This document shows positions 20,591-30,760 of a stretch of 35,606 bases of DNA, one piece after another. Source of the stretch: a virus; IMG/VR virus record IMGVR_UViG_3300012347_000093, positions 1 through 35,606 of that record. One strand, given 5' to 3'. The translations under genes and the position numbers were made by a program. Positions within the stretch are counted from its first letter, which is position 1; the number at the start of each line of letters is the position of its first letter. The notes under the pieces are model-generated. The model ran no database searches, had not been told where the DNA came from, and worked only from the letters and a program-made list of their open reading frames with translations.

Positions 20591-22116
20591 TTGTTCTCCA
20601 ATGCTGTTATTCGCTCTGCTTGTGCATCAATAATAGCTTTCATCTCTTGGATAGCGGCAGTTAAAGTAGCTACTAAAAATGAAGTATCAATGCCTTGGTA
20701 TTTAGGTCTAGTTTGTTCTACACCGTCTTCATCGGTATAAGTTTCTACAGCATCTTTTTCACCTGTTACACAATCAGGAACAACTGCTTGTAATTCATGA
20801 GCAATAAAGCCTTGACCGTTAGAACCATCAGCTTTCCATGTATATGTGCATGGTTTTAATTGACCAACAACTGCCAAAGCATCGGTCATTGGTGCAATGT
20901 TTTCTTTTAAGCGATAGTCTGAGGATGTGTTGTAGGAAGTTGAAGAAGCCCCTGCATTGACTGAGCCAACAGCCGAACCACCGCCAGAAGGACTATAAAA
21001 TTGAAGTGCTGGTTGGGTATCTGTGGCAACACGAATTTTAATATCACCTACAGGAAGAACTGCAATCCCAGTAGCATTAGGTCTATCACCATCAAACCCA
21101 GTAGCATTGACAAACAAGTTACCGCTAGAGTCTATTCTCATGCGTTGTGTCCAGCCTGTCCCTCGAACAAATCCTTCGAAACGCAAACTTTGCCCGTTTG
21201 CATCTCCTGCAACTTTTTGCCTCCAAGATGATGTAGCACCATTATTTACAAAACCGTTATCTGTTCCACCAATTTCAACAGTTGCATCAGAAGAAGAACC
21301 GTAGCCTGCTGCCTGAATAAACCTGCCAGAGCCACTAATATCAAGCCTAACGCTTGGACTACTTGTACCAATACCCACATTACCAGAGGAGTCGATACGC
21401 ATACGCTCTGTTGGTGAATCAGCAGCCATATTTGCATTTGTATAAAACAATAATCCACCGCTTAAGGCAGTATCTGATGATTGGTCATAGGATTGAATGA
21501 CCGCAGTTCTATTGCTTAAATAACCTCTAAATTCAAGGCTAGTAAATGCTGGTGATGCAGTTGTTCCAGTTCCACCATTAATATTAATATAAGCATTACC
21601 AGATGTATTAGAAACAGTAAATTGTCTAGCAGAAACAGGATTATTAGTACCAACACTAACTCTATTATTAGTAGCATCAATAACTAAAGTATTGCTATCA
21701 AAGTTCAATCCATTAGGAATAGATACTGCACTAGAGTTAATAGTTAAAGCATCTCCGCTACCATCTCCTAGTGTTGCTCCACCGTTAGCAGCAAAAGCTC
21801 CAGAAACTGTTAAAGCATTGATAGTAGTTGTTGTACCATCAAACTGCATATTGTCGCTAGTAGCAACAACTTTGCTTCCGTTGGTATACAAAACTCTATT
21901 AGCTGTAAGGCTAGATAAAGTTAATGAAGATGAAGATACTGGTCCTAGAAAAGCATCGCCTTTAGTACCTTGTTGAAAGTCTTTTAAGTCTGCCATTACT
22001 TGACGAATAGCATTGTTGATGCCTGATGGGGCGCAACCTTCAGCAATGTTAATACTGTTTACATCGGTATTATTTGCTGCTATTGCATCATATTCACTAA
22101 TTTTGGTTTTTGCCAT
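20587..22116 (-). CDS. tail fibre with a C-terminal intramolecular-chaperone (peptidase S74) domain
   Basis: SSDYRLKENIAPM...GFIAHELQAVVPDCV...YQGIDTSFLVATLTAAIQEMK is the S74 signature. N-terminal anchor ISEYDAIAANNTDVNSINIAEGCAPSGINNAIRQVMADLK. Repeated RMRIDSSGN(V/L). Confidence 0.85.
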   Translation of the reverse strand: MAKTKISEYDAIAANNTDVNSINIAEGCAPSGINNAIRQVMADLKDFQQGTKGDAFLGPVSSSSLTLSSLTANRVLYTNGSKVVATSDNMQFDGTTTTINALTVSGAFAANGGATLGDGSGDALTINSSAVSIPNGLNFDSNTLVIDATNNRVSVGTNNPVSARQFTVSNTSGNAYININGGTGTTASPAFTSLEFRGYLSNRTAVIQSYDQSSDTALSGGLLFYTNANMAADSPTERMRIDSSGNVGIGTSSPSVRLDISGSGRFIQAAGYGSSSDATVEIGGTDNGFVNNGATSSWRQKVAGDANGQSLRFEGFVRGTGWTQRMRIDSSGNLFVNATGFDGDRPNATGIAVLPVGDIKIRVATDTQPALQFYSPSGGGSAVGSVNAGASSTSYNTSSDYRLKENIAPMTDALAVVGQLKPCTYTWKADGSNGQGFIAHELQAVVPDCVTGEKDAVETYTDEDGVEQTRPKYQGIDTSFLVATLTAAIQEMKAIIDAQAERITALENK

Positions 22117-22134
22117 GATTTCTTCCTTTGTTAA

Positions 22135-24165
22135 TTATTCTGCGCCTTCGTCTAAAGCATCAATTAATCTCTGCAATTCTACAGCACCTGTAGCTAATTG
22201 TTTTTGATTTTTGCTTGCCTTAGCCATGTTTTCTAAGATTCTTACACCATCAGGGCTAGTGATAGCTTTTGCAACATTCTCATAGTCTTTTCTGTAGAAA
22301 ATAGTCTGATAAACATTACCTAACGCTTCTAATGGATTCTTTGTTGCTTTTGCTACAGTTGAAACAGATTCTGCTTGAATCAAACCTTTTTCCATAGTAG
22401 GAGAACCAGCAGGCAGTCTACGACCTTGGGCTTCTAGAATGTCAATAAGGTTATTTAACCCTTGTGCAGCTTTAGCACCAGATTCGCCATAAACCTCTTT
22501 AAACGCAGCTTTAAGGTTTTCTCTCTGAGTAGTGTTCTTAACGATAGTATTTGCAAACTTAGCACCTGTAGTTCCAGTAGCACGAGATGTTTGGCTTTCT
22601 ACTTGTTCTAGAGATGAACGCATATACTGAGTTAAAAAGTCTTTAGGCAAAGCAGCATCAGCTTGCGCTAACGATTGCATTGTCATAGTTACTTTTTTAG
22701 GCGTTAAATTGACTGCTGCAGGGTTTTTAGCAAATACCTCTGCAAACTGTGAAGAAACCTCATTATCTCTTGCAATCTTAGCAATAGGGCTTTCTTGAAC
22801 AGGTGCAACAATTTTTTCTTTAGCTTGGAAATAGCTTTCTCTAGCTTCTTTGTAGTCAGGAATCTGGCTATCTGCTTTAGCTAATAAATTCTTTCTAGCT
22901 TGGTCATACGCCCTCATTTCACCAGTAACTTTACCTTCTGCTAATTTTGCTAAATTATCATACTTATCTTGTAAGTATTGGCGCATGGCTTCTACTTTAG
23001 CAATAGAGTTACCTTTATAACCCTTTAACATATCTTGGTAAGCAGCCACATTTTCTGTAGCCTTAGATGCTTCAGAAATAACAGCACTTTCATTTTCTAA
23101 ATTCTTCATCCAAGAAGGTGGAATTGATTTAGATTTAACTGCTTCAAAAGACTGACCAGCAGGAGATGTGCTTAACTCTGTCTGAGTTTTAGCCATTGTT
23201 TTTTCTGCAGCCCTTTGTGCTTCTGTACCAAGTCTTTCTCTACCTGTCTGTGGGAACATTCTTTGTAGTGTAGATAATGTTTCTTCTCCACGACTTCCCA
23301 TAAATTCAGCCATTAAAGGTGCTGAAGCAGGATTACCCTCTAATTGTCTTTGTAGTGCTGGTAGATTAGTTCTGCCACCAGTAACTTGCTGAATAGCTTC
23401 TACAGATGTAATAGGCATTTGTTGTTTAGATGCCATTTGCTGTAGTCTTTCAGCAGATGATAAATCTTGTGGCGTTACTCGCTTAGTAGACTCTGCATAC
23501 ATTCTCTCTAATGGAGATTTAAACATTGTTGGCGCAGGTATTAAAGGGGTAAACATAGCACCAGCAGTTCTAGCATACGGTTCTAAAGGCGTACCTTGGA
23601 ATGGGTAAGCTACAGCTTCTTCACCAACAGCAGATAATAACGAAGGCACAGCAGCACCACGAACAGGCGCAGAAACAATGTTTCTAACCACATTCTGTGC
23701 AGTTCTTCCACCAATAGTTTCAGCCCTTTGCATTGGTACGCCAGATTCACCAGCAATCTTAGTCATTTCTGAAGGAGAATAACCTCTTTCAATTTGGGCT
23801 AATGGTGCGCCAGTAAGCATATTAGTCAATGCTTGCATATTTGACATTACACGACCTGCGTAAGTGTCTTTTTTCATTTCCTCTGGTAATGCGCCTTCAA
23901 TCTTTCTTTCTACAGCAGCCCTACCTGATTCTATAGCTTTTGGTAAACCTAATACGCCAGCAAGACCTTGAACAATAGGATAGTTTGTTTTTGCCAATAC
24001 CTCATCAACAACACCAGCAGCACCTTCTTTTTCAATAAAAGGGTCTATTTTTTTATTTCTTTCCAAACCATCTTTAGCTAAAAGTTCGTCAACTTTAGAT
24101 ATTGGTGTTTTGGAGTCAAAGTCTGCTTCTGTTCCATCTGTCAGTTTAAATACTATTCTTGACAT
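22135..24165 (-). CDS. internal virion / ejection protein (putative, 676 aa)
   Basis: Large Ala/Gln/Lys-rich helical ORF between the other internal proteins and the tail fibre. No enzymatic motif recognised. Confidence 0.45.
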   Translation of the reverse strand: MSRIVFKLTDGTEADFDSKTPISKVDELLAKDGLERNKKIDPFIEKEGAAGVVDEVLAKTNYPIVQGLAGVLGLPKAIESGRAAVERKIEGALPEEMKKDTYAGRVMSNMQALTNMLTGAPLAQIERGYSPSEMTKIAGESGVPMQRAETIGGRTAQNVVRNIVSAPVRGAAVPSLLSAVGEEAVAYPFQGTPLEPYARTAGAMFTPLIPAPTMFKSPLERMYAESTKRVTPQDLSSAERLQQMASKQQMPITSVEAIQQVTGGRTNLPALQRQLEGNPASAPLMAEFMGSRGEETLSTLQRMFPQTGRERLGTEAQRAAEKTMAKTQTELSTSPAGQSFEAVKSKSIPPSWMKNLENESAVISEASKATENVAAYQDMLKGYKGNSIAKVEAMRQYLQDKYDNLAKLAEGKVTGEMRAYDQARKNLLAKADSQIPDYKEARESYFQAKEKIVAPVQESPIAKIARDNEVSSQFAEVFAKNPAAVNLTPKKVTMTMQSLAQADAALPKDFLTQYMRSSLEQVESQTSRATGTTGAKFANTIVKNTTQRENLKAAFKEVYGESGAKAAQGLNNLIDILEAQGRRLPAGSPTMEKGLIQAESVSTVAKATKNPLEALGNVYQTIFYRKDYENVAKAITSPDGVRILENMAKASKNQKQLATGAVELQRLIDALDEGAE

Positions 24166-24173
24166 ATATACCT

Positions 24174-25364
24174 TTAATAACTTTTACGAGTTGTATTGCC
24201 TGATGGCTTTGATTTTACCAAGTTATTTAATTCATTTATATCTAAAACTGAACCTAAAGATTTGTCATAAGCAGCAATAGCTTCTTCAGAATACTTACCT
24301 TCTCTACTTAGTTTCATTGCGTAATCAGACAATTTTGCGTTTCGAGTAGCAAATTTTTCAGCAGCATTAGCCATAAATTCACGACCAGCTTCACTGTTTG
24401 ATAATGATGGGAAGGCTGCGCTATATGCTTTAAATTCAATGTCTGATGTTGAACCTGAACCAGCAGGTCGCATTGTCGTAGCACCACGAATAGCTATTGA
24501 ATTAGCTAAATCTTGCGCTGTAACAGATTCGTTTGAAAGTCCTAAGTCTTTAGCTAACGATGTTCCAACTTTAACAATTTCACCGCCACCCTTACCTTTT
24601 AGCAAATCATTAATTGTTCTTGCATCTTGTGCAAATCTTCTTGCAGAACCTGCTGAACTTGAAAACTCGCCAATTCTCTCGCCAACTACTTTATCAGCAA
24701 TCTTTTCGCCTAAAGTAACATTTTGCTGAGGTTGTCCTGATGCCCTAAATGATAAAAATTGCTTTTGTTGGTCAGGATTCATTTTTGCAAATGCTTCAAA
24801 AGTCTTAACAGCATCTGGCTTATCTTCACCCTTGTAAACCATTTTTGCATACTCTAGTGGTGCATATTCAGATAATGCAGCCATAAACTTGTTTTGGTCT
24901 AAAACTTTAGATTGTGGCAAATTAACATTTGATTGCAATGCACCAACTGTTGACTGTGCGCCTTCTTGACCAAAATCTTGAATCTGGTCTAAAAGCATTT
25001 GCTGCTGAGAACCAGCACCAGACATAGTTAAACCTGTGCCAACTGGTTTAGTTGTGTATGCACCTTCTAAGTTAGTCCTAAACGCTTTCTCTCGTTTCTG
25101 CTTTTCCACCATGTCTTGAATCTGCATAGACTTAGCCATATCACTAAGAGTCTTATCCATAGCACCTTGGTAGCCTTGGTAGCCACCCAATAAAGCCTGA
25201 CCAATAGCCTGTCCTGTGCCTACAGGTCTAGCTTGTGGTCCTGACATAGATAATAGCTGTGCAATAGCGTTTAAAGCACCCATATTAAGTGCTTCATTCT
25301 TTGCTTGACCGTATTGTTCTTGCCCTAGCAAAGCTGCTAATGGATTTGTGTCTAATAGTGCCAT
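24174..25364 (-). CDS. internal virion protein (putative, 396 aa)
   Basis: Position and composition only. Confidence 0.4.
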   Translation of the reverse strand: MALLDTNPLAALLGQEQYGQAKNEALNMGALNAIAQLLSMSGPQARPVGTGQAIGQALLGGYQGYQGAMDKTLSDMAKSMQIQDMVEKQKREKAFRTNLEGAYTTKPVGTGLTMSGAGSQQQMLLDQIQDFGQEGAQSTVGALQSNVNLPQSKVLDQNKFMAALSEYAPLEYAKMVYKGEDKPDAVKTFEAFAKMNPDQQKQFLSFRASGQPQQNVTLGEKIADKVVGERIGEFSSSAGSARRFAQDARTINDLLKGKGGGEIVKVGTSLAKDLGLSNESVTAQDLANSIAIRGATTMRPAGSGSTSDIEFKAYSAAFPSLSNSEAGREFMANAAEKFATRNAKLSDYAMKLSREGKYSEEAIAAYDKSLGSVLDINELNNLVKSKPSGNTTRKSY

Positions 25365-25368
25365 ATTC

Positions 25369-26193
25369 TTATCCTAGTAATGAATATACATTTGGGGTTA
25401 ATACTCTTGGTGACTGTAGCAAATTAAGAGTTGGAGAATAATCTACTCCACCTGTAGGTCTAACCTGTTTTTGTTGCTGTGGTTGTCCTGCTACCTGTGG
25501 TTGACCGCCTAATAATGATTGACCTAATTTTAAAGCCCTTTGCACATCATTTAGACTTAAAGTTGTAGGTGCAGTAACTCCTGTAATACCTGCAGTTCCA
25601 GCTGGCAATGATTCAGCACCACCAAGATAACCTAAACCACTAGAAGCATTAGACCCTATTTGCCCAGATAATTGTGCTTGTGCAATTTGTTCAGCAGTTA
25701 ATCCAGCAGTACCTTCAGCCAATGTGCCAGCACCGCCTAACCATTCCATGCCACCTAAAGCACTTGTGCTAAGACCTGTTCCAGCAGCAGCACCACCTGA
25801 TGCAGTACCCGCACTTAATCCAAATCCTGTAGTTCCTGACCCTACTGCACCTGTTGATGCACCACCCAATGCTTGTGAACCTAAATAATCAGTTCCAGCA
25901 GAAGCAGCTTCGGCAGCAGAAAAGCCAGCTTGGGCAGCTTCAGCAGCAGTTGCGCCTTCAGCCAAAGCAGCAGTTTCGGCAGAGTTTCCAATAGCAGCAA
26001 TCTCAGGGGCAAAGTAAGCACCTGTAGCCGCAGCTATTGTGTACCACCCTCCAGGAATTTGTTCATTTACAAAATCATCTAAGCTACTACCAAACTCTTT
26101 AGTAGGTTCAATAATTTCATCTTCAATTTTGTTAGGGATGTCCTGCGTAACAAAATCTACTGCATCACTAACTTGTTTGTCTACCCATCCCAT
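25369..26193 (-). CDS. Gly/Ala/Thr/Ser-rich low-complexity virion protein (putative)
   Basis: 274 aa with long G/A/S/T tracts (GASTGAVGSGTTGFGLSAGTASGGAAAGTGLS). Confidence 0.4.
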   Translation of the reverse strand: MGWVDKQVSDAVDFVTQDIPNKIEDEIIEPTKEFGSSLDDFVNEQIPGGWYTIAAATGAYFAPEIAAIGNSAETAALAEGATAAEAAQAGFSAAEAASAGTDYLGSQALGGASTGAVGSGTTGFGLSAGTASGGAAAGTGLSTSALGGMEWLGGAGTLAEGTAGLTAEQIAQAQLSGQIGSNASSGLGYLGGAESLPAGTAGITGVTAPTTLSLNDVQRALKLGQSLLGGQPQVAGQPQQQKQVRPTGGVDYSPTLNLLQSPRVLTPNVYSLLG

Positions 26194-26641
26194 ATAAATC
26201 CACCTTTAATAGATAACCATCTTCTGTTTTTTCTACTGACTCCCAAGACTCCATCTTGCCATCGGGCCACTTTAATAATTCATCAATAACTTTTTTGTTT
26301 TTAAACTCAGTTTGAACTAAGTTAAAACCTTGTTTTTTCATGTGCCAATAAAACATAAAACAAGCAATTAAAAAGAATCTTTTTGTGTCACCAGACAATG
26401 TGTGAAAAGTAACAACTCCATCAGTAACATCTTCTATAACAAATAATGTGTTTAAAAATCTAACTACTGGATAACCAGCTTTTTGCAAGTTATACAACTG
26501 TCGCATACCTTGTTCAACAGGCATACCTTTGTAATTAACTCTTAAATCTCGTTCAACAATTTTACTTACAGGTATTTGCTTGTGGCTTTTTATTAACTGA
26601 ATTACTTTTTCATTTTCTAATGGATTAGTTACTTTTTTCAT
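26168..26641 (-). CDS. hypothetical protein, second gene of the AT-rich insertion
   Basis: 157 aa with a 4-nt overlap with the upstream gene and a 26-nt overlap with the downstream gene. No motif recognised. Confidence 0.55.
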   Translation of the reverse strand: MKKVTNPLENEKVIQLIKSHKQIPVSKIVERDLRVNYKGMPVEQGMRQLYNLQKAGYPVVRFLNTLFVIEDVTDGVVTFHTLSGDTKRFFLIACFMFYWHMKKQGFNLVQTEFKNKKVIDELLKWPDGKMESWESVEKTEDGYLLKVDLYGMGRQTS

Positions 26642-27342
26642 GCAAAAGCCTGTATATATTTTTTATCATCAACATTGTCAGGATGAAACTTTGCTGAGTA
26701 AATCTTAACCATTGGGAATAATACTTTCTTTGTAACAAAAAACATCCAATGAATTAAGTCTTTAATTACTAAAGGGTTTTTTAATTGCCCATCTTTGTAT
26801 GTATGCTTAATTGTATAACCAATCAAGAACTTCATTACATATAATTGGTTTACTTTTGCAATTTTATTTAATTCTTGTTTTGAGTAACCTAAATAATTCC
26901 ATAGGTCTATAGCTAAACTTTTATGACCTAATTCTTCTTTAGCGTGCCAGCAAAATAACTTGTAATCTCTACCACTTCTATTACCCCATCTTGTCAATAC
27001 AGACCTAGACATACAGGCAGCTAGATGTTCAATGGAAACCATTGTTCCTAACCAAAACTTAATCTGAGGTTTTCTCATTACTATCTTAGTTTTTTGAAAC
27101 TCAGCTTCTTCCATATCTTTAAGGTTATGCCTGTCATTAAATGACTCATGTGCGTTGGCATGGGCTAATTCTTCTTTGATAAACTCTAACATTCTTTGTT
27201 TTAGGTTCTCATCTTGAACTTTAGGTAAATAACTTTTAACTATTTCAGCAAAAGCCCTTTCCCATGCAGGAAATAAAATACTTGAAGCGTTACCATAATG
27301 ACTCCATACAGGAGAGTTATCGCACCAATATTTTTTTTCCAT
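26638..27342 (-). CDS. ferritin-like 'predicted metal-dependent hydrolase' family protein (recalled as PF10118-like)
   Basis: FIKEELAHANAHESFN and HAKEELGHKS are two E-E-x-x-H motifs, plus SIEHL. The N-terminal NSPVWSHYGNASSILFPAWERAF matches my memory of that family. Confidence 0.5.
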   Translation of the reverse strand: MEKKYWCDNSPVWSHYGNASSILFPAWERAFAEIVKSYLPKVQDENLKQRMLEFIKEELAHANAHESFNDRHNLKDMEEAEFQKTKIVMRKPQIKFWLGTMVSIEHLAACMSRSVLTRWGNRSGRDYKLFCWHAKEELGHKSLAIDLWNYLGYSKQELNKIAKVNQLYVMKFLIGYTIKHTYKDGQLKNPLVIKDLIHWMFFVTKKVLFPMVKIYSAKFHPDNVDDKKYIQAFA

Positions 27343-27347
27343 AGTAT

Positions 27348-28283
27348 TTAGAATAATAAACCACCTAATGCAGCACCTAAACCGCCACCAGCTACACCAT
27401 AACCACTAGGAGAAGTTAAGCTAAATGGAGTGTTATTAATAAACGACCCTAATGCTTGACCACCTAAGTAGCCTAAACCAGCACCAGCAGCAGTATTAAT
27501 AATAGGGTTGCTAGGCATAGATGTTTGTTGTGATTGGCTACCAAAGTTACCCATAGGGCTACCATAAACAGACGATAAGTAACCAGATAATTGCTGGTAC
27601 GGTAACTGTTGTTGGAATTGGAATCTCTGCATTTGTTCTTGTAAAGGTTGTGCAGCGATAGCTTCTCTTGCAGCACCAACTTGGGCTAACTGTTGAGATG
27701 GGATATATTGTTGTGCATACATACTAGGTGCGGCAGCAGCTAAACTTGCTTGACCTAATTGTGCCTGTTGTTGCAATCCTCTTTCAGCCATATATTGCTG
27801 ATTAGCCATAGTGCCAGTAATGTCACCTAAAGCACGACCATAACCCTCTGTAGCCTGTCCTAATGCGTTTTGCATAGCACCAGAACCATAGCGACCAGAC
27901 TTAGAGTAAAGACTAGCAATCTGTGGCAATACTTGATTAGAAAACTGTTGTTCTAATGGTCGAGTTGCAGCCTGCATAGCCTGTTGTTGGTATGGACTAC
28001 CTTGTAGGAAGCCACCTTGTGCAGTTTGACCAATGCCACTTAAAGACTGTTGGTAAGCGTTTTGGGCTTGTTGCAATACAGGGCTTGACTGTCTAGCCAA
28101 TGCTTCCTGTTGTGACAAGGCTTCTTGCGTTTGTGTAGACGGGCTAACATAAGTCTGTCCTTGGAAAAACTGAGGTTGTTCACCTGTCAAGAATAGACTT
28201 TGCGCCCTCTCTAAGCCTGTCTGTAAATAAGGCAATAAAGCTGGGTCAATGCTTGATGTTGATGTAGTTGATTGAACTGCCAT
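27348..28283 (-). CDS. Gln-rich virion protein with a C-terminal glycine-zipper segment
   Basis: 311 aa, Q-rich throughout. Ends AAGAGLGYLGGQALGSF...GYGVAGGGLGAALGGLLF. Confidence 0.45.
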   Translation of the reverse strand: MAVQSTTSTSSIDPALLPYLQTGLERAQSLFLTGEQPQFFQGQTYVSPSTQTQEALSQQEALARQSSPVLQQAQNAYQQSLSGIGQTAQGGFLQGSPYQQQAMQAATRPLEQQFSNQVLPQIASLYSKSGRYGSGAMQNALGQATEGYGRALGDITGTMANQQYMAERGLQQQAQLGQASLAAAAPSMYAQQYIPSQQLAQVGAAREAIAAQPLQEQMQRFQFQQQLPYQQLSGYLSSVYGSPMGNFGSQSQQTSMPSNPIINTAAGAGLGYLGGQALGSFINNTPFSLTSPSGYGVAGGGLGAALGGLLF

Positions 28284-28293
28284 GATTTTTCCT

Positions 28294-29076
28294 TTATCCG
28301 ACTACTATGTATTTGTAAGTTTTGTTTGCTGTGTCATTAGCAAAATGACTAACGACTGCGCTACCGTTTGTTTGTGAACTAATGTATACACTACCTGATG
28401 ACAATGGTGCTATATGCTGAACCGTTACAATCGCTGCTGGAATAGCAGGTCTTGGGATACCAGTATCTGCTGCATAATGCTCTAGTGCTACATCTGTGCT
28501 ACTGGTTGTTCCTGCAATCTGGACATAATCTCCTGCTTGCATCTCAATAAAGGTATTAACTGTGCCAATGACATGGCTAGGATTATCTATATTTTTTCGA
28601 GCAGGAATATCAAACCTACTAGCAGACCTCGGGACATCTGTGCCATTCAATCTAAACCAGACATCTGCATATTGTGGATCATTAGCATTATTAACTAACT
28701 GTATTGAGAATTGGACATTGTAGATGCCATAGTTCCTGACATACAGTCTAGAGTCAAGCGAAAGATAAACACCGCTTGCTTCTTCTGTGTTGTCATACAC
28801 CACTACCGCAGTAGAGCCTACACTCGGAGCAGTCTGATCTGAATTGTTTGTAAAGCATCCATAAGGAGCTGCATCATTTTCAGCAGAGTCAGACGATGGT
28901 ACGACAATGATTACTGAATCTATACCGATGCGAGCATCTGTGATTGTTGTAGTTGTTGCCCACCCTGTATTAAGAGTAACAAGACCAGTATTATTAGTCT
29001 TGCCATTCATAATGCCATTGACTACTTCAGCAACTCCCCGAGGGTCAGCTCCGAATGGTGGTAATTGTCTAAACAT
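28294..29076 (-). CDS. virion structural protein with a C1q/TNF-like (BclA-C-like) C-terminal domain (putative)
   Basis: N-terminal MFRQLPPFGADPRGVAEVVNGIMNGKTNNTG. C-terminal YGIYNVQFSIQL...VWFRLNGTDVPRS...FIEMQAGDYVQI is a jelly-roll-like pattern. Confidence 0.4.
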   Translation of the reverse strand: MFRQLPPFGADPRGVAEVVNGIMNGKTNNTGLVTLNTGWATTTTITDARIGIDSVIIVVPSSDSAENDAAPYGCFTNNSDQTAPSVGSTAVVVYDNTEEASGVYLSLDSRLYVRNYGIYNVQFSIQLVNNANDPQYADVWFRLNGTDVPRSASRFDIPARKNIDNPSHVIGTVNTFIEMQAGDYVQIAGTTSSTDVALEHYAADTGIPRPAIPAAIVTVQHIAPLSSGSVYISSQTNGSAVVSHFANDTANKTYKYIVVG

Positions 29077-30758
29077 TATCTATTCCCTATAGGAACAATC
29101 TCAACATCAGCACCGATAATAGAATCCCAATTAAATCCAGTAGGGCTAATTGTTAATCTATGATACTTACCAATACTTCTTAGCGAAACCCTGTTCTCTG
29201 CATCGGCAGATATAGGAGTTCCATAAATAACCTGTTCACTTAGCAATCTTCTTGTGGCTATCGAGACATTAGCAGAGCCATTATCAATAATAGGCTTTAC
29301 TAAGGTTACAGCAGTAGCAAAATTTTCAGCCGACAGCTCTCCTGTCGAAATTGTAGCACTAGAGCTTTCTCCTGTAAATGTAATAATTTTCTTTCCTCTA
29401 ACTCCAGAAAAGAGCATTTTTCCACCTACCCAAAGCCTAGAATCTAGACTTGTTTGCAAAGCATCAATGCTAGACGAGAAGTTATCCAAGCCCTCTAAGG
29501 TAATAGCGGCTGTTGAGCTAGGAGCTACTCGGTTGACATTTGTAGTGCCACTAGACCATTTTTTAGTCTGAAAGTTATAAATAATTAACTTATTGGCAGA
29601 GCCACCAGACCATTTATCAGGGTAAGCCCAAACAATGAGCTTTTTGAATGGGTCTACAGCCACAGACATATTGTAAAGGTAGCTCTCGTCTACATCATTG
29701 AAAAAGTATCTATCGACCTTTTCTCCACCAATAGAGACGATATTTTGACCATCGCAAGAGTAGAAGCCATCATCAGACAAGAAGAATGATACACCTTGGT
29801 ACTGAATAATAGAGTTAGCTTCATAACACCCTAGATTCCTAGAGATATTGTCAAACTGGAACACAATAGGGCTACCGACATAACTCATCCTGTGGATAGA
29901 GCGATCAAGGAAAACTAAGCCAAATTCGCCACCAGTTACACCTACTACCGAGCCACCGTCAGGAATATCCTGATAATCAGCCTGAGTTGTTGCAGATGGA
30001 GTCCAGCTAGTTTCATCATTAAGAGCAGACCATTGAACTCGGTTCTGCTTAATAATGCTGTCATTAATATAGCCAGATACCACAAAGTCTCTAACTACTG
30101 TGACATACCTAGCCTTTGGTGCATCAGCAGATAAGTCATTGAAAACAGTAGAAGTTCCCATTAAAAAGCCCTGTAACTTATCATGCCCATTAGCAGCTAT
30201 TAATTGGTTATTAAACTGGGTAAATCTCCATCTTTGTTCTTCAATATCGTTATATGAAACAGTCGAAACAATGCCAGTATCCGCTACGCTTGTAATATCT
30301 GTACCTGTTTTGCTATAGGTAAAGGTAGTAGTTGTAGGGGTTGAAGCAATAGTAAAAGAGCCATTCAAGCCTGTATTGGTGTCTACTAGAACAGTTACAG
30401 TATCTCCAGTAGTGTAGCCATGAGCTGCTGAAGTTGTAATAGTTACGACATTCGTAGCCCTAGCAACAGTAGTAACAGTCCTGACATTTTTAGAGACATT
30501 ATCAAGATTGAAGTTAGTTGTATTTAACTTATATATCTCTTTATTGCCACCAGCAAACATAGCCACAGAACCATCAGATTCTCTAGATGCAACGACATTA
30601 GTTAGGTTTTCGTTAGCATCATTACTGTAATTTACAGGACTAGCTATAGAGCCATAGCCAACAGTTTTAGGGTAGACATTCTCAGCTACAGTTAATGCGC
30701 CTATTACTGAAGGCTGATCTGGTAGCCATTCGCCAAAAGTTATTCTTTGATTTGCCAT
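29076..30758 (-). CDS. large tail (nozzle/tubular-type) structural protein (putative)
   Basis: 560 aa. The N-terminal MANQRITFGEWLPDQP is recalled from podovirus tail proteins. It sits inside the tail module. Confidence 0.4.
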   Translation of the reverse strand: MANQRITFGEWLPDQPSVIGALTVAENVYPKTVGYGSIASPVNYSNDANENLTNVVASRESDGSVAMFAGGNKEIYKLNTTNFNLDNVSKNVRTVTTVARATNVVTITTSAAHGYTTGDTVTVLVDTNTGLNGSFTIASTPTTTTFTYSKTGTDITSVADTGIVSTVSYNDIEEQRWRFTQFNNQLIAANGHDKLQGFLMGTSTVFNDLSADAPKARYVTVVRDFVVSGYINDSIIKQNRVQWSALNDETSWTPSATTQADYQDIPDGGSVVGVTGGEFGLVFLDRSIHRMSYVGSPIVFQFDNISRNLGCYEANSIIQYQGVSFFLSDDGFYSCDGQNIVSIGGEKVDRYFFNDVDESYLYNMSVAVDPFKKLIVWAYPDKWSGGSANKLIIYNFQTKKWSSGTTNVNRVAPSSTAAITLEGLDNFSSSIDALQTSLDSRLWVGGKMLFSGVRGKKIITFTGESSSATISTGELSAENFATAVTLVKPIIDNGSANVSIATRRLLSEQVIYGTPISADAENRVSLRSIGKYHRLTISPTGFNWDSIIGADVEIVPIGNR

Positions 30759-30760
30759 AT

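Noticed and set aside
21246-21458. Same-strand alternative-frame ORFs inside structural genes (21246-21458, 27473-27679, 31198-31428, 32278-32460, 6171-6368, 6571-6804)
   Set aside because: They are fully nested in longer ORFs that have recognisable motifs. They have a Leu/Val/Gln-rich low-information composition and no SD.
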